From contig CATNEN010000011.1 of the NCBI GenBank assembly GCA_950097015.1, positions 3,844,001-3,908,000 of the forward strand: DNA of 64,000 nt, given 5' to 3'. The stretch comes from Macrostomum hystrix (lineage: Eukaryota > Animalia > Platyhelminthes). Position numbers and translations under genes: made by a program. Positions within the stretch are counted from its first letter, which is position 1, and each line of letters opens with the position of its first letter. The notes beneath the pieces were generated by a model that was given only the letters and a program-made list of their open reading frames with translations, ran no database searches and was not told the DNA's origin. This document shows, one piece after another, positions 25,601 through 37,335 of the stretch.

Positions 25601-26201
25601 ATTTTAAAGCATGTAATTCAGTGGTTAAAGCACTGAGGTTCGGATTTCTAAGCAGGATGTCGGGAGCTCGAGTCCACGAGGACTTGAAACTGTTATTACG
25701 GCTCCCTTAAACGTAGCGCAATTTTATTGTTTGCCGTGTGAGAAATTCGCGCTATATGTTCATCGATCTCTACTATTAGTTATAATTTCTATTGCTTATA
25801 CATGAAGCCTTTGGATGTGTGCACAATAGATCTAGCCCAGTTTGGGTGAAGTAGTGTACTTTCTATCTGTACCATTCAAGCAATCAGGGCCTAAAATGAG
25901 ACAATCAAATATAAAAAATCACCCTCCAGACAAGGAAAAGTCTAACTTTGACAAGCTCCGAGCTGACCAGCTGTTGAAGTCGCTGAAGCCGACCGACAAG
26001 GATGCCACTCATATTCTGACGCTGCTAAACCAAGCGGATGGCGACCAGTCTGGAACCTGTCGGCACAGCCAGCTGAAGCTTGTCACCGTAGAGAACTCGG
26101 CTCTCGAGCTGGCATTGCTCAATAGCCACGGCGTCACTGAGAAGATCTGCGTGTCCTCTTTCTGGGGAACTACCTGCTATAATACCTTCATTTTCGGCTG
26201 A
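22660..26201 (+). CDS. Secreted rapunzel-like / cephalotoxin-like helical protein. Exons 22660-22788 (or -22792), 22958 (or 22962)-23175, 24368-24668, 25131-25548, 25930-26201
   Basis: Signal peptide MRILTLTLVAASLAIAHFSVTASA. In-phase GT-AG splicing gives one ORF. Segments SEDVKFARQAFAEINSKLE, NAAEKIYDGIV and NNELALKLHTKLAEKFYWRVFGIAVY recall the rapunzel family (from memory, not searched). Confidence 0.7.
23225..24312. repeat. Complex (CAGA)-rich minisatellite (CAGACAGACAGGTCCATAGACACT-like) in intron 2 of the rapunzel-like gene
   Basis: Tandem variable units; explains the Cys/Val/Ser-rich minus-strand ORFs 23177-24337. Confidence 0.95.
24705..25012 (+). mobile_element. SINE family A copy
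   Basis: GGTCCCTGRGCTCGATTCCGCGGCGAGG (B-box-like), GCAGCCGCGGAGA, GACGATGAGAAAG and a (TTA)n tail, shared with other copies in the window. Confidence 0.7.
25612..25680 (+). mobile_element. Degenerate tRNA-like (SINE head) sequence
   Basis: A-box-like TTCAGTGGTTAAAGC and B-box-like GCTCGAGTCC; no intact acceptor stem. Confidence 0.35.
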
Positions 26202-27475
26202 GTTTGCAAATAAATAAATTGCAAATATAAAAAAATTATAAACGTTCTACTATACCGTCGTACCTGGAAGTACCGCTCGTATATGTCATGCATTGACTTT
26301 TTTGACTGGACCATGTAAATATCAAGAGCACTAACTGTAGAAAAATAGATTGCAGCTGTACGAAAATGATCAAATGGAGGCCGGACGCGTTATGATAAGA
26401 ACTTGTAGCCGCAATTGTAGCGACCGACCGTGCTAGTAATCGATTGTTTTTTCTGACAGCTGCATCACGTCGATCGATTTTGTCGTCAGCTAGTTGAGGC
26501 TCTTGAACGCCTATAAGTGTAAGGCTCGGGCAATCGTCAGGGCGTTTTGAAGCAGCAATCGAAACAGGGGGCGTATATCGCCTTGTTTGTGCACTTGATT
26601 GCGGTCTGCACTTGATACCGCACAAGATCACAATAAGAGCCACATTACTTAGAACGCCTATAATTACATATTCTACAAATTAGATATGGATGTACAGTTA
26701 GAAAAAATAATCTGTCATAATTGCGTTGTCATTATTGAACCCTTGAGTACAGACATACGATCGCGTGAGACGACAGACCTCAAGTCAGTGAGCTACTATA
26801 GCTGTTCATGAATATTTTCTGTCTTTTTTAGTCATTTCTGCATTATAAATTTTACTTCAATCGACAGATTTATTCATTATTTGGATCAATTAAAATTGTT
26901 GACGCGGTCACTACTTAAGACTGTGTATACTGCATGGCAAAACTGTGTTTTTTAGTTTGTAAGGCAGAAATAAGGTAAACAAAAGACTTGGACAAATAAT
27001 AATCCAAGTAGATCCGAAGTCCCGCGCTTGTAAAACTTAGGTATTGGATCATAAAAAATCGCTTGCATAATTTTTGGGTATCGGTATTTGAGTATTGCTT
27101 TACAAGTCGATGCTTTTGAAAATCAATCGATCCCCACACAGATGAAAATGAGGACTTCCTCAAATGGATCGAGTTCTCGACTCGATTTCAAAAACCTTTT
27201 GGCAGCTGCCACAATATGTATGCAAGAACCACTAGAAATACAGTCTATAAGATTCCATAGCATTATATGTCCTAAGCATAGATTTTATTGCATGAATCGA
27301 ATCAAATATAATTGGCATCATTTACAATAAACTGCTGCACATCAATTTATTTGAAATATTTCAGAATTATTTGCGTTCTATAGACTATAGTCATAAAATA
27401 TACGCACCTGAAGTGGAGAAAATAGACAGCTTCTATTATTGCATTAAGTTTGTTAGCAATAATTATAAGCTTGTC

Positions 27476-27658
27476 AATAAATTAATAACATGAAGAAAAA
27501 ACTATGCCTTCCTTGGCATGAGGTCAACAAACAAGACAGAGTTAAACCATGTGTGTATGTGTTAAACCATACTAGACATAGTATGGGTTTAACTCTGTCT
27601 TGTTTGTTGACCTCATGCCAAGGAAGGCATAGTTTTTTCTTCATGTTATTAATTTATT
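27476..27658. repeat. Perfect 73-bp inverted repeat with a 37-bp spacer (foldback/MITE-like)
   Basis: 27476-27548 is the exact reverse complement of 27586-27658. Confidence 0.92.
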
Positions 27659-28715
27659 AATATACATTAAGTAGCCTTATTAATTTAAAAGAACATGTTC
27701 TCGGAACAAAGAACATGTTCGGAGTTGCCTATTAGGCGACCGTCGCACATGTTCGATTACTGTTTCTTAGACCCTATCTCTGTCAACACGCACAACACGG
27801 GTGAAACGGTACAATTTTAGCGGCTTTTCATGAACGAAAATTCGTGATTCGAACGAAAAACGAGAACGAACGACACTATTGAGAAAATGCAAAAAAGTAA
27901 AATTCTAAGAATTTATCCATATGGGAACCGAAAATTTAAGTTAGGTCCGATCAAAGTCATGTTAGCCTAGTCAACGCACGCACCCACTTTAAAGTTCAAC
28001 TCAACGTAGAAAATAATATTTTTCTGTAATTCCTTGAATTTGATTGTCTAGAAATAACTGAAGGGCCACTTAGGGCTTCTTGAACTTTAATCCAATAATA
28101 TACTTAAATACTTTGGTTATTCCTATCAACTTTAAACTTCACCCACTGGATTGTTGACCCATTGTCTTTTGTAGTATACCTAATACTTTGAAAAAATGTC
28201 ATGTAAAGTAATAAGTAACAGTTTACAGCTTTAAAAAATGAAAAATGTAATTTAGTGTAAAGTGTGATGGCATATTTTTTGCAAATAGGCAAATAGGCAA
28301 ATAGGCATATTTAGGCAAATAGGCAAATAGGCATATTTAGGCAAATAGGCAACATTAGCCTATTTACTGAATTCAAGTAATTTTTTCTATTTTTCAATTT
28401 TTTTTCTAATAGCCTATTCTCACATTTTTTTATTTTGCTCTTGATAATGTTATTATTCTCAATTCAACTTGGCACTCTCAAATCTTATTATTTTGGCAGC
28501 ATAGTTCTAGTTTTTTTTCGTTATATTATTTCTTAATTCTACTTTACTTTGTTATATTAATCTCATGTATTTTCTTACTCTTACCACAACCCTTTCAGCC
28601 ATTACGGCTGGTCGCCCAGCTGTGCCAAAAGTTATTTGCCTTGCAAATGAAATTGTTAATGATGCCAAGCTGTTAAACTGGGCCCCATACTAAAATAAAC
28701 TTCTGAAATCGCGAG

Positions 28716-28910
28716 ATGGTGGAAGCCAGTCGGGATGATTTCACCACCATGAAGTGGCTTGCGAAGCATCACCTGATTTCCAACCAGGCGAGATGCACTC
28801 AATGTGAAATAGACATGCATCTGCAATGTAGACATGGAAGTATGTTCATCAACGGCTATGCCTGGGCTTGCCACCAATGTCAGGCGCAGCTCTCCGTCAC
28901 ATATGGATAA
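28716..28910 (+). mobile_element. Remnant of a Merlin/ISXO2-like transposase N-terminal zinc ribbon
   Basis: WLAKHHLISNQARCTQCEIDM...GYAWACHQCQAQLSV pattern. No DDE domain or TIRs found. Confidence 0.5.
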
Positions 28911-29818
28911 AAAATGGGGTAAAATACTTTGACGAAAGGCGGAATAATATAACGAAGTAAACTTGAACTATGCCATTTTGCCTAGCCACTTAAAAACATT
29001 TTCTTAATGCAGTAAGTACTATTAAATATTATTACTAACAAATTAACTAAAATGTAAGCTTCATGGCACTAATTGTTTTGTACTGACTTTTGTCACACTT
29101 GTGATGGTTTTTGTTCATATTATTTTTGTGGTAGGCCTACCTACCCACAAAACCCTTATACTGTTATGTAATAAATATTATTGATATTATAGAGGTCCCC
29201 ATGCCTCTATTGAAGTTTAGTCCTGTAAATTATTTGTACGAATATTTTGGTTTGCTAGGCCCTACCCAAAACCCTTTATTCTATGTTTCACTTGTGTGTT
29301 AGCTATTCTTATATATTTGGGTACCCACAAAACCCATTCATTAGGCCCACACTAAAATATATAATAATAATCTTCGATAAGTCCCTATGTTAAAATAGGA
29401 TTATTTAGCATTAATCCTATTTATTATTATCCTATATCCCCACCCAATACCCCTGATTCCCCATGTCCTGCATAGTATGGTCATGCTGCAATAGGGTAGC
29501 CATTCCATATAAAGTGGTTGGAGATGGAACAAATTAAGTTGTTTTTTTTTAACTTAGCATACCAAAAAACAATATTGCCACAGATTTATGAGCCAATCAA
29601 AACTGGAACTATTTTATAGGATTTAAGTTCAAGAAGTCTGCCTCTTGCACAAAGTTTATTGAGCTTGATTTGACAACAAGGTGACATTTTTGGGGGTCCC
29701 TGAGAGAATTTTTGGGGCTTATCATATTAATGATTAATGTGCATAGTTAATCAAAAATTTTCTATTGTAAAAATGTACAGTTATTAAATAACTTATTTTT
29801 AATTCTTGCAGCTGTTCT

Positions 29819-32800
29819 ATGAATGGTGCTCAACATCAAACAGCTATGCGGCCATTGCAGACAGACTGCAGTCTATCAGATCTTCCCTACATGATTAACA
29901 GACAGATTTTGTCCTACTTGGATTTGCGTCACATGCTTAGAGTTGTTGCTCCACTGAATCGCTATTTTTACAATTTGACAAGGGATCGGTATTTTTGGCG
30001 CAGGCTTGACTTCACCAAATCTAGTTGTCGACTAACATTGGCCTATTTGAGACAATTGCTTGACTTCGCCCCAGGAGCTCACACCATCACATTAAGTAGA
30101 CAGTCATGCGAAGATGCTGAAATCACCGACGATGTTGCAGACATTATTGGCGAAGTGTTAGACAAATGTCCTAAGCTTGTCTACCTACAGATGGCTTATT
30201 TAAGGCCTAGCCTAGATGTATTGACTCGGTTTTGTAACAGGTGATTTAAGTTAATTGTGGTTGTTGAATTGCTGTTGACCAGTGAATAGAAGCCTAGCCA
30301 TATTTGATCCACTGTGGTGCAAGTGTAGACTGTAGTGTAGTGCAAAAATAATTAGGTAGGCCTTTGGCAATGGTAAATAACCCTAATTTGTTAGCTGCTG
30401 ATCCATTGTGAAGATCCCTAATTAGGTAGCTGCTGATCCATTGTAAAGATCCCTAATTAGGTAGCTGCTGACCCATTGTGAAGATCCCTAACTAGGTAGC
30501 TGCTGATCCATTGTAAAGATCCCTAATTAGGTAGCTGCTGACCCATTGTGAAGATCCCTAATTAGGTAGCTGCTGACCCATTGTGAAGATCCCTAATTAG
30601 GTAGCTGCTGACCCATTGTAAAGATCCCTAATTAGGTAGCTGCTGACCCATTGTGAAGATCCCTAATTAGGTAGCTGCTGACCCATTGTGAAGATCCCTA
30701 ATTAGGTAGCTGCTGACCCATTGTGAAGATCCCTAATTAGGTAGCTGCTGACCCATTGTAAAGATCCCTAATTAGGTAGCTGCTGACCCATTGTGAAGAT
30801 CCCTAATTAGGTAGCTGCTGACCCATTGTAAAGATCCCTAATTAGGTAGCTGCTGACCCATTGTAAAGATCCCTAATTAGGTAGCTGCTGATCCATTGTA
30901 AAGATCCCTAATTAGGTAGCTGCTGACCCATTGTGAAGATCCCTAATTAGGTAGCTGCTGACCCATTGTGAAGATCCCTAACTAGGTAGCTGCTGATCCA
31001 TTGTAAAGATCCCTAATTAGGTAGCTGCTGACCCATTGTAAAGATCCCTAATTAGGTAGCTGCTGACCCATTGTGAAGATCCCTAATTAGGTAGCTGCTG
31101 ATCCATTGTAAAGATCCCTAATTAGGTAGCTGCTGACCCATTGTGAAGATCCCTAATTAGGTAGCTGCTGACCCATTGTGAAGATCCCTAACTAGGTAGC
31201 TGCTGATCCATTGTAAAGATCCCTAATTAGGTAGCTGCTGACCCATTGTGAAGATCCCTAATTAGGTAGCTGCTGATCCATTGTAAAGATCCCTAACTAG
31301 GTAGCTGCTGATCCATTGTAAAGATCCCTAACTAGGTAGCTGCTGATCCATTGTAAAGATCCCTAACTAGGTAGCTGCTGACCCATTGTGAAGATCCCTA
31401 ATTAGGTAGCTGCTGATCCATTGTGAAGATCCCTAATTAGGTAGCTGCTGACCCATTGTGAAGATCCCTAATTAGGTAGCTGCTGACCCATTGTAAAGAT
31501 CCCTAATTAGGTAGCTGCTGATCCATTGTGAAGATCCCTAACTAGGTAGCTGCTGACCCATTGTGAAGATCCCTAACTAGGTAGCTGCTGATCCATTGTA
31601 AAGATCCCTAACTAGGTAGCTGCTGACCCATTGTGAAGATCCCTAACTAGGTAGCTGCTGATCCATTGTGAAGATCCCTAATTAGGTAGCTGCTGACCCA
31701 TTGTGAAGATCCCTAACTAGGTAGCTGCTGATCCATTGTGAAGATCCCTAATTAGGTAGCTGCTGACCCATTGTGAAGATCCCTAATTAGGTAGCTGCTG
31801 ACCCATTGTGAAGATCCCTAACTAGGTAGCTGCTGATCCATTGTAAAGATCCCTAATTAGGTAGCTGCTGACCCATTGTGAAGATCCCTAACTAGGTAGC
31901 TGCTGATCCATTGTGAAGATCCCTAACTAGGTAGCTGCTGATCCATTGTAAAGATCCCTAATTAGGTAGCTGCTGACCCATTGTGAAGATCCCTAACTAG
32001 GTAGCTGCTGATCCATTGTAAAGATCCCTAATTAGGTAGCTGCTGACCCATTGTGAAGATCCCTAATTAGGTAGCTGCTGACCCATTGTGAAGATCCCTA
32101 ACTAGGTAGCTGCTGATCCATTGTAAAGATCCCTAATTAGGTAGCTGCTGACCCATTGTGAAGATCCCTAACTAGGTAGCTGCTGACCCATTGTAAAGAT
32201 CCCTAACTAGGTAGCTGCTGATCCATTGTAAAGATCCCTAACTAGGTAGCTGCTGATCCATTGTAAAGATCCCTAACTAGGTAGCTGCTGACCCATTGTG
32301 AAGATCCCTAATTAGGTAGCTGCTGATCCATTGTGAAGATCCCTAATTAGGTAGCTGCTGACCCATTGTGAAGATCCCTAATTAGGTAGCTGCTGACCCA
32401 TTGTGAAGATCCCTAACTAGGTAGCTGCTGATCCATTGTGAAGATCCCTAATTAGGTAGCTGCTGACCCATTGTGAAGATCCCTAATTAGGTAGCTGCTG
32501 ACCCATTGTGAAGATCCCTAACTAGGTAGCTGCTGATCCATTGTAAAGATCCCTAATTAGGTAGCTGCTGACCCATTGTGAAGATCCCTAACTAGGTAGC
32601 TGCTGATCCATTGTGAAGATCCCTAACTAGGTAGCTGCTGATCCATTGTAAAGATCCCTAATTAGGTAGCTGCTGACCCATTGTGAAGATCCCTAACTAG
32701 GTAGCTGCTGATCCATTGTAAAGATCCCTAATTAGGTAGCTGCTGACCCATTGTGAAGATCCCTAATTAGGTAGCTGCTGACCCATTGTGAAGATCCCTA

Positions 32801-35007
32801 ACTAGGTAGCTGCTGATCCATTGTAAAGATCCCTAATTAGGTAGCTGCTGACCCATTGTGAAGATCCCTAACTAGGTAGCTGCTGACCCATTGTGAAGAT
32901 CCCTAACTAGGTAGCTGCTGACCCATTGTGAAGATCCCTAATTAGGTAGCTGCTGACCCATTGTGAAGATCCCTAACTAGGTAGCCGTTGATCGATTGTT
33001 GGGAAACCTAATAAATAATCCTTGATTTTTCACCTGCCAGGCGAACCAGCTCGTCATCCCCAGCTGTCCATCCTCACCTGCGTCACCTGGACCTCAGCGG
33101 CAGTGATCAGCTCACACCGCAGCTAGTTGAATCGTTGGCTATTTCGTTTCCAAATTTAGAATCGTTGTGCATCGCTCATTGTCGAAGGGCTTGCAATGCG
33201 ACTACTGGCAGACTGGGCAATCTCCTGCCCCGTTTGGCCTATATCAATCTGGATGAGAATACAATGCCGCCAGCGGCACTGACTGAGCTGCTTTTATCTC
33301 GCTCTGACACACTGGAGAGGCTGGTTCTGGACGCTAGCGGCTGCGAGGACAATCACTTGGCGATGGCTCTAGCGAAGTGTACCAGGCTAAAGATGGTGAG
33401 CTTGTTCTTGGCGATTCGAGCTTTAGATAAAACTGAATTATATTTTTTGGAACTTAGAGATCTTGAATAAGAAGTCAGGGATCTTGAGTCACAAGTTGGA
33501 AATCTCGGATCAGAAGTTGGGATCTTAAATCTGAAGTTTGGGATATTAAATCTGAAGTTAGGGATATTCAGTCCGAAGTTGGGGATATTCAGTCAGAAGT
33601 AAGGGATCTTCAGTCAGAAGTTAGGGATATTCAGTCAGAAGTTAGGGATATTCAGTCAGAAGTTAGTGGATATTCAGTCAGAAGTTGGGGATATTCAGTC
33701 AGAAGTTAGGGATCTTTAGTCAGAAGTTAGGGATATTCAGTCAGAAGTTAGGGATATTCAGTCAGAAGTTGGGGATATTCAGTCAGAAGTTAGGGATCTT
33801 CAGTCAGAAGTTGGGGATATTCAGTCAGAAGTTGGGGATATTCAGTCAGAAGTTAGGGATCTTCAGTCAGAAGTTAGGGATATTCAGTCAGAAGTTAGGG
33901 ATATTCAGTCAGAAGTTAGTGGATATTCAGTCAGAAGTTGGGGATATTCAGTCAGAAGTTAGGGATCTTTAGTCAGAAGTTAGGGATATTCAGTCAGAAG
34001 TTAGGGATATTCAGTCAGAAGTTGGGGATATTCAGTCAGAAGTTAGGGATATTCAGTCAGAAGTTGGGGATATTCAGTCAGAAGTTGTGGATATTCAGTC
34101 AGAAGTTAGGGATCTTCAGTCAGAAGTTAGGGATATTCAGTCCGAAGTTGGGGATATTCAGTCAGAAGTAAGGGATCTTCAGTCAGAAGTTAGGGATATT
34201 CAGTCAGAAGTTAGGGATATTCAGTCAGAAGTTGGGGATATTCAGTCAGAAGTTAGGGATATTCAGTCAGAAGTTAGGTATATTCAGTCAGAAGTTGGGG
34301 ATATTCAGTCAGAAGTTGGGGATCTTTAGTCAGAGTTGGGGACCTTCAATCAGAATTTGGGGATCCTAAATCGAGGAGTTTTGAACTATTTCCAGCTAAA
34401 TTGCGACTTCGCTGAGGATGTCGGCAACGATCTGCTAGTCGTAGGTGTTAGCCGACTCGTTAACCTCGAATCCTTAACCTTGCGCAAAGCCTACCGCATT
34501 GATGACGAAACAATTCAACAAGTTGGCGGCGCCGTTCATTTTGCTCACCTGAGTCACCTGGACCTAACCGAGTGTCGCTCACTAACAGACATCGGTTTTG
34601 AAGCTTTTATTTCCAAATCCGGTCACAATCTTGAAATCATGGTGCTCAACTGGTGCTGGAAGCTAACAGACGACTCAATGGATGTCCTGTTAAATACTTG
34701 TCGACAGCTGCGCTCTCTGAGTCTAGTGGGTCTGCATCAGCTGACTGGCAGGCAGTTACCCAGTGTGCCAAGCTGCCTGCCTGGCTTACTGTTCATGGAC
34801 CTGCGAACCTGCAATGCGGTCCAGGACCAGCTGTGCCACCAGCTGGTTGTTGCCATGCCGCAACTGTGCATCGTAGATTTCTTCGGCTTCATTGTCGACG
34901 GTTCGGGCTGCGACAGCGGCAAAGCTTCTTTATCGCCCGAGTCTGCAGCCGCCGGATTTGCCTTCACTGAGAGATGGACCAGGCCGCTGCGGATGCTGCG
35001 GATGTGA
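29819..35007 (+). CDS. F-box/leucine-rich-repeat protein (FBXL family). Exons 29819-30240, 33041-33395, 34396-35007
   Basis: F-box LSDLPYMINRQILSYLD...YFWRRLDF. AMN1-type LRRs LRHLDLSG, LSHLDLTECRSLTDIG, LNWCWKLTDDS, MDLRTCNAV. Phase-consistent GT-AG introns. Confidence 0.88.
30385..32990. repeat. 35-bp minisatellite (GTAGCTGCTGAYCCATTGTRAAGATCCCTAAYTAG), ~74 copies, in FBXL intron 1
   Basis: Head-to-tail units with three biallelic positions and no spacers. Confidence 0.97.
33500..34340. repeat. 21-bp minisatellite (GTTAGGGATATTCAGTCAGAA) in FBXL intron 2
   Basis: Tandem units; explains the LGIFSQK and DIQSEVR ORFs. Confidence 0.95.
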
Positions 35008-35067
35008 CCTCTAAGATTGAGACTTTTACAATTAAAATCTTGTAAATCTATGGAATTAAAGTTTTCT

Positions 35068-35278
35068 GGGGTGCGTGGCAGTGCGGTTAACGCGTTTGCC
35101 TCTCGCATCGGAGTGTACACAGCCTGACGATGAGAAAGTCATGGCAGATGTACGCACCTGTGTGAGTGTGTGCTCAGGAGTCAGTGAAATTGGCAGAATT
35201 GCCTCCTCGCTGGCTGCGAGTCTAGTGTCACTAAACGATGTGCCATTGCCCGCAGCCCTCCTGCACTTATTATTATGC
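35068..35278 (+). mobile_element. SINE family A copy, internally deleted
   Basis: A-box-like GTGGCAGTGCGGTTAA head, CAGCCTGACGATGAGAAAGTC body, TTATTATTAT tail. Confidence 0.7.
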
Positions 35279-35361
35279 TGGTACCCATTTAATAGCTGGG
35301 TGAACTGAAGCAATGCAGAGGTAAATGTCTTGCTAAAGGACAAAAATTGTCTCAGTTGAGT

Positions 35362-35432
35362 AGGGAATCAAACCCCCGAGCTTCAATTCGTGAGTCCGAC
35401 GCTCTAACCACTGGGCTACAACCTCCTAAGGT
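35362..35432 (-). mobile_element. tRNA-derived SINE head (family B)
   Basis: GTAGCCCAGTGGTTAGAGCGTCGGACTCACGAATTGAAGCTCGGGGGTTTGATTCC; acceptor stem does not pair. Confidence 0.55.
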
Positions 35433-35837
35433 AATAAAAAGTTGGGGAAATCCCCTACCGTAAGAGTAGTGACTGAAGTATTTAAAATGTTCCATCATGA
35501 TGAAAGGATTTCTAAGCTAGGATAGGAATAAAATGTGATCATTGGTCATTCCGTTATGTCGATATAGAAATTTGCCTATGTATAAAAATATTTTTAGCTT
35601 GAGCTTCTCCGTATCGGCATTGTAATTCCACGGAACACGTATAAATATTTTATTTGTGATATCATGAAAATCTCATCAAAGAATACACGGGCTTTGAATT
35701 AAAATTATTTTCTGACACATCTTTTGAAATTGTTTTCCTCAACGTACCTTCTCTATTATTTATTTGCCTGCCTTTGCCAAGTGCTTATTATGCATGCGTG
35801 TGATCAGCTTGACTCTACAATCGTGCGTAAACTGAAG

Positions 35838-36045
35838 TTTGGCCAACCTCTACCCCTGAATGTACATTGACGTTTGGTCAGCCCCTACCCATGAATGTAC
35901 ATTAAAGTTTGGTCAAACTCTACCCCTAAATGTACATTGACGTTTGGTCAACCTCTACGCCTGAATGTACATTGACGTTTGATCAACCTCTACCCTGAAT
36001 GTACATTGACGTTTGGTCAACCTCTACCCCTAATTGTACATTGAC
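35838..36045. repeat. ~35-bp minisatellite (GTTTGGTCAACCTCTACCCCTGAATGTACATTGAC), ~6 copies
   Basis: Visible tandem units. Confidence 0.9.
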
Positions 36046-36255
36046 TAAGTGGCTATATTTGCACCATTATTTACTTTAATCGTTAAATTTAAGCCTGTAT
36101 AAGTATAGAAAAGTTAAGCAGAAATTGTTTCAAGCAGTCTTTTAACTTTATAAATCGAAAAAATCTACAGAAGTGTTGTCAAATATTACCTAAGCTAATT
36201 TCATCTCGTTTTTTTCTCATTTCCAGTAAAAAATCTACTGATTGACTAAACAAAA

Positions 36256-36635
36256 ATGTCGATGCGAGTAGCTTTGCTAACTCGCTTGCTTGTGTCTCAC
36301 AAATTTCGAACTGCACTTTCTTCGAACCGATTGACTTCAACTTCAAGATTGTCGAGTCAAACTTTTTCGCTGTTGCTAAGTCTTTGTCAATGTCAATCTT
36401 TGTCAATGCAGACAACTAGCGGTGCGGCTTTTCGGAGTGTCAGATTTCTGTCAACCTCGAAGCCGCCTTCGAAGTCTTCAACGAACTCCTCAAGTTCGTC
36501 TTCTTCCGATAGTGACTCGGATAGTGACTCGGATTCGGATTCAGATTCAGATTCGGACAATGAATCCGATGCCACTTTGGCTGCGACAAAGACAGAAATA
36601 AAGAAAGGTTTTAATGCTGCTACTGTGGCTTCTGC

Positions 36636-36668
<33 letters not shown>

Positions 36669-37335
36669 TTCTGCGGGTGAACCAAAGACTTCGAAGTCAA
36701 CAAAGACAGTTGGTAAAACTAGTAATAGTAGCTCGAAGACATTATCTGCTGGAAGTCCTGCTGGCTCGAAGCTAAAATCTGCTGGAAGTCCTGCTAGCCC
36801 GAAGCTAGAATCTGCTGGAAGTCCTGCTAGCCCGAAGCTAGAATCTGCTGGAAGTCCTGCTAGCCCGAAGCTAGAATCTGCTGGAAGTCCTGCTAGCCCG
36901 AAGCTAGAATCTGCTGGAAGTCCTGCTAGCTCGAAGCTAGAATCTGCTGGAAGTCCTGCTAGCTCGAAGCTAGAATCTGCTGGAAGTCCAGCTAGCTCGA
37001 AGCTAGAATCTGCTGGAAGTCCAGCTAGCTCGAAGCTAGAATCTGCTGGAAGTCCAGCTAGCTCGAAGCTAGAATCTGCTGGAAGTCCAGCTAGTTTAAA
37101 GTCAGCATCAGCTGAGGGATCTGTTGGCGCTGCGACAAAGTCGACAGCAGGAGTTTCGGCTTCTAGCCGACGTCATCTAACGGAATTCTCCGACAAATTA
37201 GTGTCTGCAGACAAGTCTCTTGAGTACAAGAACACTGAATACTTTGTGTTTGATTCGCTATCCTACTACGACTACGAAATGATAATGGAGGACAAACGAT
37301 TGCCTCAGCCCAAGAGCAAGTTGACGGCCTTCTAA
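36256..37335 (+). CDS. NDUFV3: NADH dehydrogenase (ubiquinone) flavoprotein 3-like complex I accessory subunit, long low-complexity form; single coding exon, 359 aa
   Basis: Arg/Ser/Leu-rich mitochondrial presequence, Ser/Asp and Ala tracts, and C-terminal YKNTEYF...SYYDYEMIMEDKRLPQPKS matching the NDUFV3 'RLPQPS' motif. Confidence 0.75.
36748..37095 (+). repeat. Coding 33-bp tandem repeat (SAGSPAS[P/S]KLE), 10 copies plus a partial one, inside the NDUFV3-like ORF
   Basis: Visible at both DNA and protein level. Confidence 0.95.

Noticed and set aside
26236-27330. ORFs 26236-26643, 26915-27163 and 27088-27330
   Set aside because: No motifs, no consistent exon structure and non-ATG starts; cannot be supported as genes
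30385-32990. CRISPR-like 35-bp repeat array
   Set aside because: Units are head-to-tail with no unique spacers, there are no cas genes, and the array lies in a spliceosomal intron of a eukaryotic gene
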